Assembly (NCBI GenBank): GCA_021790115.1
Contig: JAJYIM010000002.1
Span: 14,804 to 78,803 of the forward strand
From: Actinomycetes bacterium
GTDB taxonomy: Bacteria; Actinomycetota; Thermoleophilia; BMS3ABIN01
Direction of reading: 5' to 3'
Length of the DNA: 64,000 bases
Each line of letters starts with the position of its first letter. The first letter of the stretch is position 1. The notes below the pieces were generated by a model. It was not told where the DNA came from. It searched no databases and saw only the letters and a list, made by a program, of their open reading frames with translations. The translations under genes and the position numbers were made by a program. Positions 19,263-30,170 of the stretch are shown here, piece after piece.

Positions 19263-20282
19263 TTAGCGCAGCGCGGCCGCCGCCTGCTCGGGGGCGACAA
19301 CGTTAACCCAAACACCCGCGCCCAGCTCCAGCCCGCCCGGGGTTGTCAGGCGGGGCAGCACCTCAATGTGCCAGTGATAGGGCCGCGACTCGTCCCGCAG
19401 CGGGTAAGTGTGGATCCAGTAATTAAACGGCGGGTCGTCCAGGCGCTGCTGCAGGCGCAACATGACCTCGGTAAACAGTTCTGCCAGCTCATCAAGTTGC
19501 CCGCATTCCTCAAATTTGGTCTGGTGTGTCCGGGGGACGATCCAGATCTCGTATGGCAGGCGGGAAGCAAAAGGGCAAAAAACAACAAAGTTTTCCGCCG
19601 CCATCACAACCAGGTCGCCTTTTTCTTCCACCTCTTTGATCATTTGGCAAAGGATGCAGCCTGCCGCCGGGCCGGCAGCGGCAAAGCCATCCAGCTCGGC
19701 GTCAATTGCGGGAGGAATGAACGGCAAGCCAAACAATTGCGAGTGGGGATGCTGAAGCGACGAGGCGGCGCCGCGCCCGTGGTTTCTGATGATGTGGACA
19801 TAGCTGGTGCGGCCCTCTTTTTTCAAGGCCAGGATTCGCTCCCGGTACATCCCCAGCATTTCCCGGACCTGCGGGGCGCCGATCTCCCAGGGGGCCTTCC
19901 CGTGCACGGGAGTGTCCACAATCACTTCACTTCTGCCCAGGGCCGGACGCCGGCCGGCAGAAGATATGCGCCCGGCGCTGGCCTGAAGAGCGCCGCTGGC
20001 AAGAATAGGAAACTTGTTGGGCAGGGTGCGGACGCTCCAGCCGGGGCAATCCCTGCCTCCGCCACTGCGCTTGGCGCAGATCTCTGGAGGAGTCAGCTCC
20101 TCGCGGCCGGGGCAAAGGGGGCATTGCTGGAGCTGTTGCCGCTCTGTTTCCGGAGAAGGGACGGACGGAACGGGAGCATGGGGGCGGCTGCCGCGCCCGG
20201 CTGCCAGGATCACCCATTCGCCGGTAATCGGGTCGCGCCTGAGTTCAGGCCGGGGGGGCTTTGGTAGAGTTTCGTCAGGCAC
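19263..20282 (-). CDS. GalT-family HIT nucleotidyltransferase (galactose-1-phosphate uridylyltransferase-like)
   Basis: Zn motif CPLCPG, active-site HPHSQ, and HWHIEV. Likely GTG start at 20282, overlapping the stop of the upstream small ORF by 8 nt (GTGCCTGA). Confidence 0.7.
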   Translation of the reverse strand: MPDETLPKPPRPELRRDPITGEWVILAAGRGSRPHAPVPSVPSPETERQQLQQCPLCPGREELTPPEICAKRSGGGRDCPGWSVRTLPNKFPILASGALQASAGRISSAGRRPALGRSEVIVDTPVHGKAPWEIGAPQVREMLGMYRERILALKKEGRTSYVHIIRNHGRGAASSLQHPHSQLFGLPFIPPAIDAELDGFAAAGPAAGCILCQMIKEVEEKGDLVVMAAENFVVFCPFASRLPYEIWIVPRTHQTKFEECGQLDELAELFTEVMLRLQQRLDDPPFNYWIHTYPLRDESRPYHWHIEVLPRLTTPGGLELGAGVWVNVVAPEQAAAALR

Positions 20283-20595
20283 GGTCCCGGGCAAACGGCT
20301 CCAGCGTCCACTCGCCGGTGTTGGCGTCCCGGGCAAGATCGTAACTGCGGCCGTCATGGGCGTACACGCGGAAAATGGTCTTGCGGCGGCGCCCATGCTC
20401 CGCTTCTTCCTGCCAGGTTTTTTTGACCGAAAGCACGGTCAGGCGGCGGCCGTCAAGCTCGAAGGCGCGCGGCCTTTCTTCTCCTTTAAAGCCGGAGTAA
20501 CTGTGAACAACGAGCGGCGCGGCCTTTTTCGCCGGTTTGCCGGCCCCGGCCTTTGGGGCATCCCTGCCATCACTGTCTGGTTTTTGAATGGGCAT
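20275..20595 (-). CDS. Hypothetical small basic protein (106 aa), translationally coupled to the GalT-like gene
   Basis: Open frame. Its stop overlaps the GalT GTG start. Confidence 0.4.
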   Translation of the reverse strand: MPIQKPDSDGRDAPKAGAGKPAKKAAPLVVHSYSGFKGEERPRAFELDGRRLTVLSVKKTWQEEAEHGRRRKTIFRVYAHDGRSYDLARDANTGEWTLEPFARDRA

Positions 20596-20926
20596 GAATG
20601 ATTGCTTGGCGTGGACTCCCGGATGGTTCGCCTGCGCCGTTTATTATATACCCTGGCGCCGGCGACCTGAAGGACGGGCGACGAAGCCGCCAGCCAGGGG
20701 GGATAAGTTATGCTATTAACCTTTGCGGTTGCGGCTGTTTTGGGGTTGCGGGGACCTACCGGTTCGTGGAAACTAACATGAATAAAAAATAGACACAACA
20801 ACACAGGCCCCCGGGGAACCCCAGTTTTTATGTTATCAGTTATCTTGATATTTTACATCAAACTTTGGTTGTAATCGAAAGCACGGGAAGTTGTATTTTT
20901 TGCAGACGCCGTAAGCTACCGGTTCG

Positions 20927-22144
20927 TTACCACAGCTGCTTTGTTTTAAAGGCACCGATCAGAATGCCGGTGGCCGCCATTCCTGCTACGGCTCCGAACA
21001 GAAATGGCGCGAACGAGCCGACGCTGCCCCATAAAAGGCCGGCTATCAAGCTGGAGAGAAAGGTCAACAAACCGGTGGTAGTGTGGTAAGTTCCAATGGC
21101 GGTGCCGCGCATGTTCAAGGGGGCCATGTCGGCCGCAAACGCCTTGCCGACTCCTTCTGTCATCGCCATGTAGAGCCCGTAAACAGCGAACAGCGGCCAT
21201 ATCATTATCGAGCTCCTTGCCAAAGCGAAGCCCAGGTAGACCAGGGAAAAGACGATAAAACCAGCGGCAATCATGCGCCGGCGGCCAATCCGGTCTGACA
21301 GCGAGCCGGCCGGCATGGAAAAAATACTGTAGACCAGATTGTAGATCACGTAGGCGAAGACGGTGGCAAAGGCAGTAAGGCCCAGGTCGCGCGCCCTTAA
21401 AATGAGGAAGGCGTCGCTGGAATTGCCCAGCGCAAAGACTGCGCTTGCCAGCAGAAACATTTTGAACTTGCGGTCAAATTGTGAGATGGAAAGCCGCGGC
21501 GCCTCCTCTTGAGGATGCGGCCGACTTCGCTCGCGCACCAGCAGCAGGCTGGCGACGCCAAGGACGGCAGGAATTGCCGAGAGCAGAAAGATGGCGCGGT
21601 ATTTCTCCCCGATCAGCCCAAGGGCGGCCAGCGCCAGCAGGGCGCCCAGCGCCGCGCCGGCGGTGTCGGCCGCCCGGTGAAAGCCAAACACCCGCCCGCG
21701 GCAGTCAGGCTCACAGGAATCGGCGATAAGGGCGTCGCGGGGAGCGCCGCGGATTCCTTTTCCGAGGCGGTCGCCAAAGCGGAGCAGGAGGACGACAGGC
21801 CAGACGGTTGCGGCCGCCAGCAGCGGCTTGGACAGCGCCGATATCCCGTAACCAATGATCGTCAGGGGCCGCCGCCGGCGCATCCGGTCCGACAGCCAGC
21901 CAGAAAATATTTTCAGGGTGCTGGCGGTGCTTTCGGCTATGCCTTCGATCAGGCCCACCACCAGGAACGGCGCCCCCAGGACCGATGTCAGGAAGAGCGG
22001 CACCAGCGGATAGATAACCTCGCTGGAAAGATCGGTAAGGAAGCTGGTGACGCCGAGGATAAAAACATTGCGGCTGATGCCGGCAAACAGGGCTCTATTA
22101 CCGGCGGGCTCGCTGGTCGTTCTTTTATTGCGTAGCTTAGCCAA
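20927..22144 (-). CDS. MFS transporter
   Basis: 12 predicted hydrophobic spans, an MFS motif (SDRIGRRRMI), and a duplicated-halves topology. Confidence 0.75.
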   Translation of the reverse strand: MAKLRNKRTTSEPAGNRALFAGISRNVFILGVTSFLTDLSSEVIYPLVPLFLTSVLGAPFLVVGLIEGIAESTASTLKIFSGWLSDRMRRRRPLTIIGYGISALSKPLLAAATVWPVVLLLRFGDRLGKGIRGAPRDALIADSCEPDCRGRVFGFHRAADTAGAALGALLALAALGLIGEKYRAIFLLSAIPAVLGVASLLLVRERSRPHPQEEAPRLSISQFDRKFKMFLLASAVFALGNSSDAFLILRARDLGLTAFATVFAYVIYNLVYSIFSMPAGSLSDRIGRRRMIAAGFIVFSLVYLGFALARSSIMIWPLFAVYGLYMAMTEGVGKAFAADMAPLNMRGTAIGTYHTTTGLLTFLSSLIAGLLWGSVGSFAPFLFGAVAGMAATGILIGAFKTKQLW

Positions 22145-22253
22145 GGCTATTTATCCATCTTGCTTGGGCAAGGCTGGGAAAGTTATTCCATCTGAACGTT
22201 TTTTGATCAACAAAATGGGAAGTGGCATACGGGATTATAACAGCCAAGGCCGG

Positions 22254-22487
22254 TCAGGAGGTGCCGGTAAAAATGTAGTTGACTAAAATGTAGCCAATTG
22301 TCAGCGTGATTGCGAACATAACGGCGAAAGTGAAAACCCCCGTCCGCAGCGACGAAGCCAGCGGCGCTTTACCGTCAGGATAATGGCGCCGGTACTCGTT
22401 GTAGGTAATCAGGAAGGCCATCAGCCCGGCCAGGAAGCCAAAAATGAGGCCAAGCACGATAAACAAGACCAATAAATTTGACTGCAT
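22254..22487 (-). CDS. Small membrane protein (77 aa, two hydrophobic helices)
   Basis: ORF preceded by a reverse-orientation heptamer cassette. Confidence 0.4.
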   Translation of the reverse strand: MQSNLLVLFIVLGLIFGFLAGLMAFLITYNEYRRHYPDGKAPLASSLRTGVFTFAVMFAITLTIGYILVNYIFTGTS

Positions 22488-22489
22488 AG

Positions 22490-22570
22490 TTAAATTGACG
22501 TTTTTTTGTTACCACATCCGGCTTTTGGTTTATCCAGCATCCAGAGTCCACCATCCACCATCCGCTTTAC
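22490..22570 (-). promoter_or_regulatory. Reverse-orientation copy of the heptamer/A-C-tract cassette. On the minus strand it reads GGATGGTGGATGGTGGACTCTGGATGCTGGAT-AAACCAAAAGCC.
   Basis: The plus strand shows ATCCAGCATCCAGAGTCCACCATCCACCATCC. This is the reverse complement of the arm at 61149-61180. Confidence 0.55.
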
Positions 22571-23265
22571 GGCATCCCCGCATTCTCGAGGATGAAAACA
22601 AGCTCATCAATTACCCTTTGCTCCAGCGGCAGGGCGCGCAACTTGGCCACCGCCGCCCCCACATTGTAGTCCACCCGCTTCAACTCAACCTGCCCATCTT
22701 CAAGGACGGCGTAGCTGGCGGCGGCGATGCCGTCGCGCGGCTGGCCGATGCTGCCGACGTTGACCAGCAGCCGCCCGCTCACCTGGCGCGTAAAAGGTTT
22801 ATGCGTATGGCCCATCAGAACGATGTCGGCGCCGGCTACGCTTCCTTCCTCGTCCAGCTCGCTGTCTGGTGTTTCCGGCGTTACATATTTAAAGAGATGG
22901 TCGCTGGGGGCGGCGTGAACGGCAAAGACGCGCCGGCCGCCGCTTTCCAGCGCCAGGCTGGTTTGTGCCGACCCGGTCCAGGAAAGCTGCTCCGCGTCAA
23001 GCGCCTGCCACATGTACTTACGGGTCGCCAGGGAAAGGTGCAGGTAGGCCTGGCCGCAGCCGCAGTCCACCCGGAAGGCGACGGCATTGTCGTGGTTGCC
23101 GCGCACGCGCATGGCGCTGCGCTTGCGCAGCCAGTCAATACAAGACACCGGATCAGGTCCGTAGTCAACGACGTCGCCGAGGAACAGAACGGCATCAAAG
23201 GACTCGCTGATCGCCTCAAGCGCGTCGATGTTGGCATGGATGTCGGAGAGTACAAGAGTCCGCAT
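22567..23265 (-). CDS. Metallophosphoesterase (YfcE/MJ0936-like)
   Basis: LVLSDIHAN, GDVVDYGPDP, RGNHD, GHTH motifs. Confidence 0.7.
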   Translation of the reverse strand: MRTLVLSDIHANIDALEAISESFDAVLFLGDVVDYGPDPVSCIDWLRKRSAMRVRGNHDNAVAFRVDCGCGQAYLHLSLATRKYMWQALDAEQLSWTGSAQTSLALESGGRRVFAVHAAPSDHLFKYVTPETPDSELDEEGSVAGADIVLMGHTHKPFTRQVSGRLLVNVGSIGQPRDGIAAASYAVLEDGQVELKRVDYNVGAAVAKLRALPLEQRVIDELVFILENAGMP

Positions 23266-23325
23266 GGCTACAGAGCCATTCTGATCGATCGCAGTTTGTC
23301 ACAAGAGCCCATCATCGGGAAGATT

Positions 23326-24639
<1,314 letters not shown>

Positions 24640-24660
24640 TTGCTCGAAGCCATCTAATCT

Positions 24661-25481
24661 TTAGGGAATGGATCCGACACCCATGGCAATTGCATAAAAT
24701 ATCGGGATGAAATCGGTCGAAACAATGCTGCCTTCCTGGAGGTGATAACCAATGAGGGCAAAATCCGCATAACCGGCGGCAATGCATCCAGCTGCTGCCA
24801 TGTACAACCAGTATGAACTACCGTAGCCTTTGGCTGACAAGCCGACCGGTTTCTCTAAATCATGCGGCTTTGGGAAATAATGCCGGGCGACAAAAAGCGT
24901 CGTCATGGATAGAATTGCCGATACCAAAAGCAGGCTGTAGCCCAACCTGTAGCTACCATTCATAAGCAATATCAAAGACATGACCAATGGGCCCAGGGTT
25001 GCTCCCGCTTGGTCGAGCGCTTCGTATAGACCGAAGGCCCAGCCATGTCCAATATGGCCGCCGCTGTAAGACAACATGGCTTCAACCGGCGGCTTGCGCA
25101 TCGCCCGCCCGGCCCGTTCGGCAATCACCAAAGCTGCTGCCATCGGCAAGTTGCCGGCCAACGCCAGAGCCGGCACGGCGATAAGATTAATTGTGTAGCC
25201 TACAATTATGGTCAGCCAGTACCGGCCCGTCCGGTCAGCAAGAAAACCAAACATAGAACGCAGTCCATAGCCGGCGAGTTCACCAAAACGGCGGTAAAAC
25301 CTACGACGGCGGCCGATGCTCCCAGCGTGGCCAGAAACTGGCCGTTGATACTGTGGGCGGCTTCATGGGTAAAATCAGCAAACAGACTGGTGATACCGAT
25401 AACCACCACAAATCTGAAAGCCGTTTTAGCTAACAGACGGGTGTGACCCTCCACCTGGCTGCCTTTCGAGATCAAGCCCAC
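24661..25481 (-). pseudogene. MFS transporter split into two ORFs (25212-25481 N-terminal TM1-2, 24661-25254 remainder) and truncated
   Basis: Two overlapping ORFs in different frames. Their products are consecutive MFS segments. About 290 aa in total, against about 400 expected. Confidence 0.5.
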
Positions 25482-25632
25482 CAGCGCTGAACAAGTTAGA
25501 TTTCAATGTGGATATCGCCGGTCGACTTCGGCAAAACCTGCGCAATAAGCATGGGCCAGAGGCAGGCGCTTCATTGCGGCTTTGAGCTATGATTGACGGA
25601 GTATCGTCCATTAAGAACTGATATGTTGCTCA

Positions 25633-27786
25633 TCACCATGACGCTTGAATTAAATACATAACCAACACGGCCGCCAGCGCCGCCAGCGCATAAGTGGCGT
25701 AAGTGTTAAGCCTGCCCTGGTGCAGATATGCCAGCGCGCGTGCAACCCGCAATAACGCCGCCCTGACAGGATGGAAAACCAGTTTGTCTACAGGATGGGT
25801 GCGCTCCTGTTCACGCAGGATGGCGGTGCGGAAATGCCTGGTCACCGTCTCACGGGTATCCTCTACCGTTGTGGGCCTAAAGACAGCGTCGAACACCACC
25901 CGCACGGGATTGGAAAAACCAGTGGCTGTGTAAGTCATTTCCGGCAGCAGTCGCCGTATGCCCCCATCCCAGCGTTTTCGCTGCCTGAGCTTGCGTCTGC
26001 GTGTCAGCCAAAGGCGAATGACAACATAGGTCCCCCCCAGCAGCACGATCAGAGCAACTGCCATGTAAGAAGTGGACATGGCAAACACCACCGGGTTTTC
26101 CTCACCTCCACGGTGAAGCACTACCAGTCCCCGGCCGGGCAGAAAGCTCTGCCCTATCTGGGCGCCAAGATCGTGGAAGTCCTTTACAAACGTGGAAGGC
26201 AAGGCGCTGTGCGCCGGGTCCGAGGCGAAAAAGGGCGGCACCAGCGCGTCAGATGCGCTCGCTCCGGCCAAGGGGGCAACCGCCGGACTGAGTGTCGGAA
26301 TCACATATGTCGGCAACAGGCCAAATCCGAGGCAGAGCGCGGCAAGAATGAACATCGGCGCAAGCGTGCCGGCCCTGGCTTCCAAGAGTTGCCGGTTTTC
26401 ATTAAGGCGACGCATTCCCAGAAACCCCATGGCAAAAACCCTGACAAAACAGGTGACCGCCAGCGCCGCCGTCAGCGCCAGGCCGGCGCCGGCAAGGGCA
26501 AACACCAGTTTCACGGCTGCCGATGACAGTTCCGTCGAGCGCAGCATCGTCTGCAGTGTCAGCCATTCACTGACAAACCCGTTGAAGGGCGGCAGGGCCG
26601 AGATGGAGAGCGTACCGACCAGGAACGCAAGCGTGGCAAGCGGCATCCATTTGATCAATCCACCAAGATTGTTCAGATCGCGAGTGCCGGTTTGTTTTTC
26701 CACCTCGCCAACGCCGAAAAACAGCAGAGTCTTAAAAAACGAATGATTGATTAAATGATATAGCGCTGCCACAAACGCAATTGCCGCCGGGATTGGATGA
26801 TTCGTGGCAACGAAGACCATGCCGGCGCCAAATCCTGCAACAACGATGCCAACATTTTCAATCGAGCTGTGTGCCAGGATAACCTTAAGATCATTATCTG
26901 TGGTTGCATAAAGGATACCCACCAGCGCTGTAAGCGTTCCAATGACAAGCGCCACCAAGCCGGGCGCGGCATCAGTAGCCGGCATCAAGCCGGCATTTAC
27001 GCGCAGAATTCCGTAAAGGCCAAGATTTAAAGTAGCGCCGGCCAGCACAGGTACAAATGCCCGCGAGGCTGCTGTATAGGCGCGCGGCAGCCAGAAATTC
27101 ACAGGGACCAGCCCTGCTTTGACACCAAAGCCGAAAAATGTCAGCAAGAAGACCGCCCATCTGAGTCCGGAGCCCAAGCCGGGTGAGGTCCCCTGAATCG
27201 CGGAAAAATCAAGCGAGCCTGCGCCGGCCGCAAGTAAAAGAAAACCAAGCACTGCCGCGAGCGTGCCGGCCTCACCCATGGCCAGCAAGAGGAAACCAGA
27301 GTTTGCCTTGCCATCTTCCTGCTGCCGGGAAGCTACAATGAGCAGATAAGAGAAAATTGACATCGCTTCCCAGGCGAGCAGAAACGACAAAGCATCGCCG
27401 GCGATGAAAACGAGACCGATGGCGGCATAGAGCGCCAGCAGCAGCACTGTAAAAAGGCTACCGTTGGAAATTGCTCCTCGTTCCAGATGAGAGCTGGCAA
27501 AGATCGAGGCGGGGAAAAGCACCAGGCCCGTAACCAGCAAAAACACCGCCGATAGCTGGTCGATACCAATGGTCATCCTTCCAAGGTTGGGAAGCTCCCA
27601 CAGCGGCTGGAGGAAATTCTCACCGGATATGAGCGTACTGCTCCCTGCCAGCATCAATGCAATTGCGGCCAGGCAGCCTGTCACGGCAAGTATGCTGCCC
27701 TGACGCGTCCGCGGCATGGCCACCGCCAGCAGCGCCCCGGCGCCGCAGAGAGACAGGAAAGCAATAATGAAGGCCTGCGTCATCAT
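25633..27786 (-). CDS. Complex-I NuoL / HyfB / MrpA-like antiporter subunit of an Ehr/group-4-hydrogenase-like membrane complex
   Basis: 717 aa, polytopic, with NuoL/ND5-family conserved segments. Its ATG overlaps the upstream stop (ATGA). Confidence 0.7.
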   Translation of the reverse strand: MMTQAFIIAFLSLCGAGALLAVAMPRTRQGSILAVTGCLAAIALMLAGSSTLISGENFLQPLWELPNLGRMTIGIDQLSAVFLLVTGLVLFPASIFASSHLERGAISNGSLFTVLLLALYAAIGLVFIAGDALSFLLAWEAMSIFSYLLIVASRQQEDGKANSGFLLLAMGEAGTLAAVLGFLLLAAGAGSLDFSAIQGTSPGLGSGLRWAVFLLTFFGFGVKAGLVPVNFWLPRAYTAASRAFVPVLAGATLNLGLYGILRVNAGLMPATDAAPGLVALVIGTLTALVGILYATTDNDLKVILAHSSIENVGIVVAGFGAGMVFVATNHPIPAAIAFVAALYHLINHSFFKTLLFFGVGEVEKQTGTRDLNNLGGLIKWMPLATLAFLVGTLSISALPPFNGFVSEWLTLQTMLRSTELSSAAVKLVFALAGAGLALTAALAVTCFVRVFAMGFLGMRRLNENRQLLEARAGTLAPMFILAALCLGFGLLPTYVIPTLSPAVAPLAGASASDALVPPFFASDPAHSALPSTFVKDFHDLGAQIGQSFLPGRGLVVLHRGGEENPVVFAMSTSYMAVALIVLLGGTYVVIRLWLTRRRKLRQRKRWDGGIRRLLPEMTYTATGFSNPVRVVFDAVFRPTTVEDTRETVTRHFRTAILREQERTHPVDKLVFHPVRAALLRVARALAYLHQGRLNTYATYALAALAAVLVMYLIQASW

Positions 27787-28538
27787 TCGCCGGTCGCGTT
27801 GGCTTGGGAGGACCCGGGCTGCAGATCAACCGGAGGTTTGCGCCCGGCAGCCACCAGCAGGCCATGCAGGATCGCCAGCGGCGGCGGCGGGTTACCCGGC
27901 ACCTCCACGTCAACCGGCAATATGTCGGTTACGCCCTCGGAGCAGGTAAAACTTTCCGCAAACACCCCGCCAGAAAGCGCGCAGACGCCGGCAGCCACTA
28001 CCCGCTTGGGTGTCGGTATGGCGTTGTAAATTTTTTGCAGCGCCAGGCTCATATGATCGGTCCCCGGACCCACCACCAGCAGCACATCTGCATGACGCGG
28101 TGTAGGTGTGATAAAAAATCCCAGCCTGTGGATGTTGTAATACGGGCTGCTGAGTTGCCTGACTTCGTTAAGGCATGAGCCACAATCACCGGCATCCACG
28201 ACGCAGATATTGATGGATTTCCTGAAAGCCGGAAGAAGATTCTTTTTCTGGTTGCTTTCAACTCCCCATTCGTAAGTTGAATCCCATCTTGCCGGCTGTT
28301 CGACCCCGCGAACACAGCGGTAGCAATGGATGCAGCGGTCCACATCCACATTCACCCGGCCGTTGATGATAGTGAATACTTGTGTGGGGCAGATATCCAC
28401 CAGCGCCCGGGCTGCGCCGGTATCCATCTGGCTGCTGACCGGCAGTCCGGGTGTGACGCCAGCGGCGGTTTCCGCATTGCGTGGGTACGCACTGGTTTTA
28501 ATTCCCGTGCGAATGCCTTTGATGACCCAGGGGCTCAT
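27783..28538 (-). CDS. Fused ferredoxin-like / NuoB-like small subunit, with degenerate cluster ligands
   Basis: N-terminal DICP...CIHCYRC, which is one [4Fe-4S] motif. The NuoB-like part has DCGSC and GVCALSGG, but the PGCPP position reads PGNPP. Confidence 0.6.
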   Translation of the reverse strand: MSPWVIKGIRTGIKTSAYPRNAETAAGVTPGLPVSSQMDTGAARALVDICPTQVFTIINGRVNVDVDRCIHCYRCVRGVEQPARWDSTYEWGVESNQKKNLLPAFRKSINICVVDAGDCGSCLNEVRQLSSPYYNIHRLGFFITPTPRHADVLLVVGPGTDHMSLALQKIYNAIPTPKRVVAAGVCALSGGVFAESFTCSEGVTDILPVDVEVPGNPPPPLAILHGLLVAAGRKPPVDLQPGSSQANATGE

Positions 28539-28569
28539 TTATTCGCCCTTTCTCTTTTCATTTTTTTCT

Positions 28570-30147
28570 TCACCTGTCGTTCTCGGCGACCGACAGGTCG
28601 AAGGTGGCGAGCATTATGGGAAAATCCTGAAATGCAAAATTTTCGACAGCGACGTGAAACCCGTGCCAGTTCGCAAATGAAGGCGGGGCGACGTGATAGC
28701 GGGTGACAAATCCGCGCTCATCGAGGCGCACCCAGTGAAACGCTGCTCCCCTGGGCGCTTCAACCCACCCCAGAGCTGCTCCCTCGCGAGGTTTGAACGA
28801 TTCCAGGACGCCACCTCCCGGCATTGCGGCAACAGTCTGTTCCATGATATGTACCGACTGCCTGCATTCGGAAAAAAGCACCCGCAGCCGCGCGTAGCCG
28901 TCGCCCTCCTGCTCGCTCGGCACCTCGAACCGAAATTGCGAGTAGCCAGAATATGGCTGTTCGCGCCGGAGGTCGTGAGCTACCGCCGAGGCACGCGCGA
29001 CCGGACCCAGCAGGCCGTAAGCAGCGGCGACCTGCTGCTGTACGTAGCCGACCTCCTCGAGGCGGTCAAGGAAACTGCTCGAAACACGGAGCTCCGTTTC
29101 AAGATTATCGAGTTGTTTCAGGACCGCTTGCGATTTGTTCAGCGCTTGGCGGCAGTCGTTGTCAGGCAGGTCCAAAAGCAATCCACCCGGGGCCAGCATG
29201 CCGAACAGGTAGCGATGGCCGGTAAGCTCTCCGGAGATACGTAACAGGTCTTCCTCGAAAATTCCCGCTTCGCTGGCGGCGACGGCGAGTGCCGTGGACT
29301 CGCAGATTTCCTGAATCGCGCCGGCATGCTGACGCAAACGTTCCAGCTCCGCCAGAAACACCCGCAGGCCTGCCGCCCGCGGCGGGATGTCAGCGGCGCA
29401 CGCCGTTTCGACAGCTTGGCAAAAGGCCAGTCCGTGGGCAAAAGCGGTTGTGGCCGCAAACCGCTCCGCTAGCAGCAGGACCTCGTCGGCCGGCTTGCCT
29501 TCGGCAATTTTTTCTATGGCGCGCCATTTGTAAAACAGGCGGGGCATGAAACGAATCACATCTTCCCCCACGGTTTCAAGCAGAAAGTGAACCGACTCGG
29601 TGACGCCCGAATACTTTGGACCCACCGGCATCACAAACGCGCCCGATTCCTGAACTATGCGGCGCGGCCGCCAGTCGGCTGCGGGTTTGCGATAGCGGAT
29701 AGCCATTTGTGGATCAAAATGATGCCGCATTGGGTCGACGTTTTCCTGCCAGGCGTCATCGTGCAGGATAAAATCGCCGAGACGGGGATGGCCTTCAAAG
29801 GTGAGTCCGAACATATCCTCGGCCTCGCGCTCGTGCCAGTCGGCGGCATGGACAAATTTGACTATGCTCGGGAAAGTCTCCTCAGAACAGAGGGCGCTCG
29901 CCAGGACATGGACCCAGCCGCTGCCGGCCCCGCCATAAAAAATGTAGCGCAACCGCCACGCTGCCGGCATTTCCTCAACGATCAAATTAGCAAAATTAAA
30001 GTCCTTATCAATGAAAAGCCAGCCGCATAACTCCGCCAGCGACGCACGGGCGCAGGTGATTTCGCACAAGTCGCTTCTGTCATCGTAACGGCACTTGGCA
30101 TGCCCCGCCCAGCGCTCTTTAACTTGTTCTTTCAGCCCAAGCTCCAT
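28570..30147 (-). CDS. NuoC-NuoD fusion, large-subunit homolog of group-4 [NiFe] hydrogenases, lacking all four Ni-Fe cysteine ligands (Ehr-type)
   Basis: Where the N-terminal RxCGxCxxxH motif should be, the sequence reads ERFAATTAFAH. Where the C-terminal DPCxxCxxR motif should be, it reads FDLSVAENDR. The rest is clearly NuoD/HycE-like (GPKYSGV..., EAPRGAAFHWV, PPSFANW). Confidence 0.65.
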   Translation of the reverse strand: MELGLKEQVKERWAGHAKCRYDDRSDLCEITCARASLAELCGWLFIDKDFNFANLIVEEMPAAWRLRYIFYGGAGSGWVHVLASALCSEETFPSIVKFVHAADWHEREAEDMFGLTFEGHPRLGDFILHDDAWQENVDPMRHHFDPQMAIRYRKPAADWRPRRIVQESGAFVMPVGPKYSGVTESVHFLLETVGEDVIRFMPRLFYKWRAIEKIAEGKPADEVLLLAERFAATTAFAHGLAFCQAVETACAADIPPRAAGLRVFLAELERLRQHAGAIQEICESTALAVAASEAGIFEEDLLRISGELTGHRYLFGMLAPGGLLLDLPDNDCRQALNKSQAVLKQLDNLETELRVSSSFLDRLEEVGYVQQQVAAAYGLLGPVARASAVAHDLRREQPYSGYSQFRFEVPSEQEGDGYARLRVLFSECRQSVHIMEQTVAAMPGGGVLESFKPREGAALGWVEAPRGAAFHWVRLDERGFVTRYHVAPPSFANWHGFHVAVENFAFQDFPIMLATFDLSVAENDR

Positions 30148-30170
30148 GTCTGCCTTATCTTGTCAAAGCA

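Noticed and set aside
20596-20927. Possible tRNA or other structured RNA in the 330-bp non-coding gap (GGTTCG-containing segments)
   Set aside because: No acceptor/T-arm/anticodon cloverleaf could be built around either GGTTCG. The matches are just the 12-mer direct repeat.
28570-30147. Calling the NuoCD-like gene a bona fide [NiFe] hydrogenase large subunit
   Set aside because: Both cysteine-pair motifs are replaced (AATTAFAH and FDLSVAENDR). I call it hydrogenase-related, not a hydrogenase.
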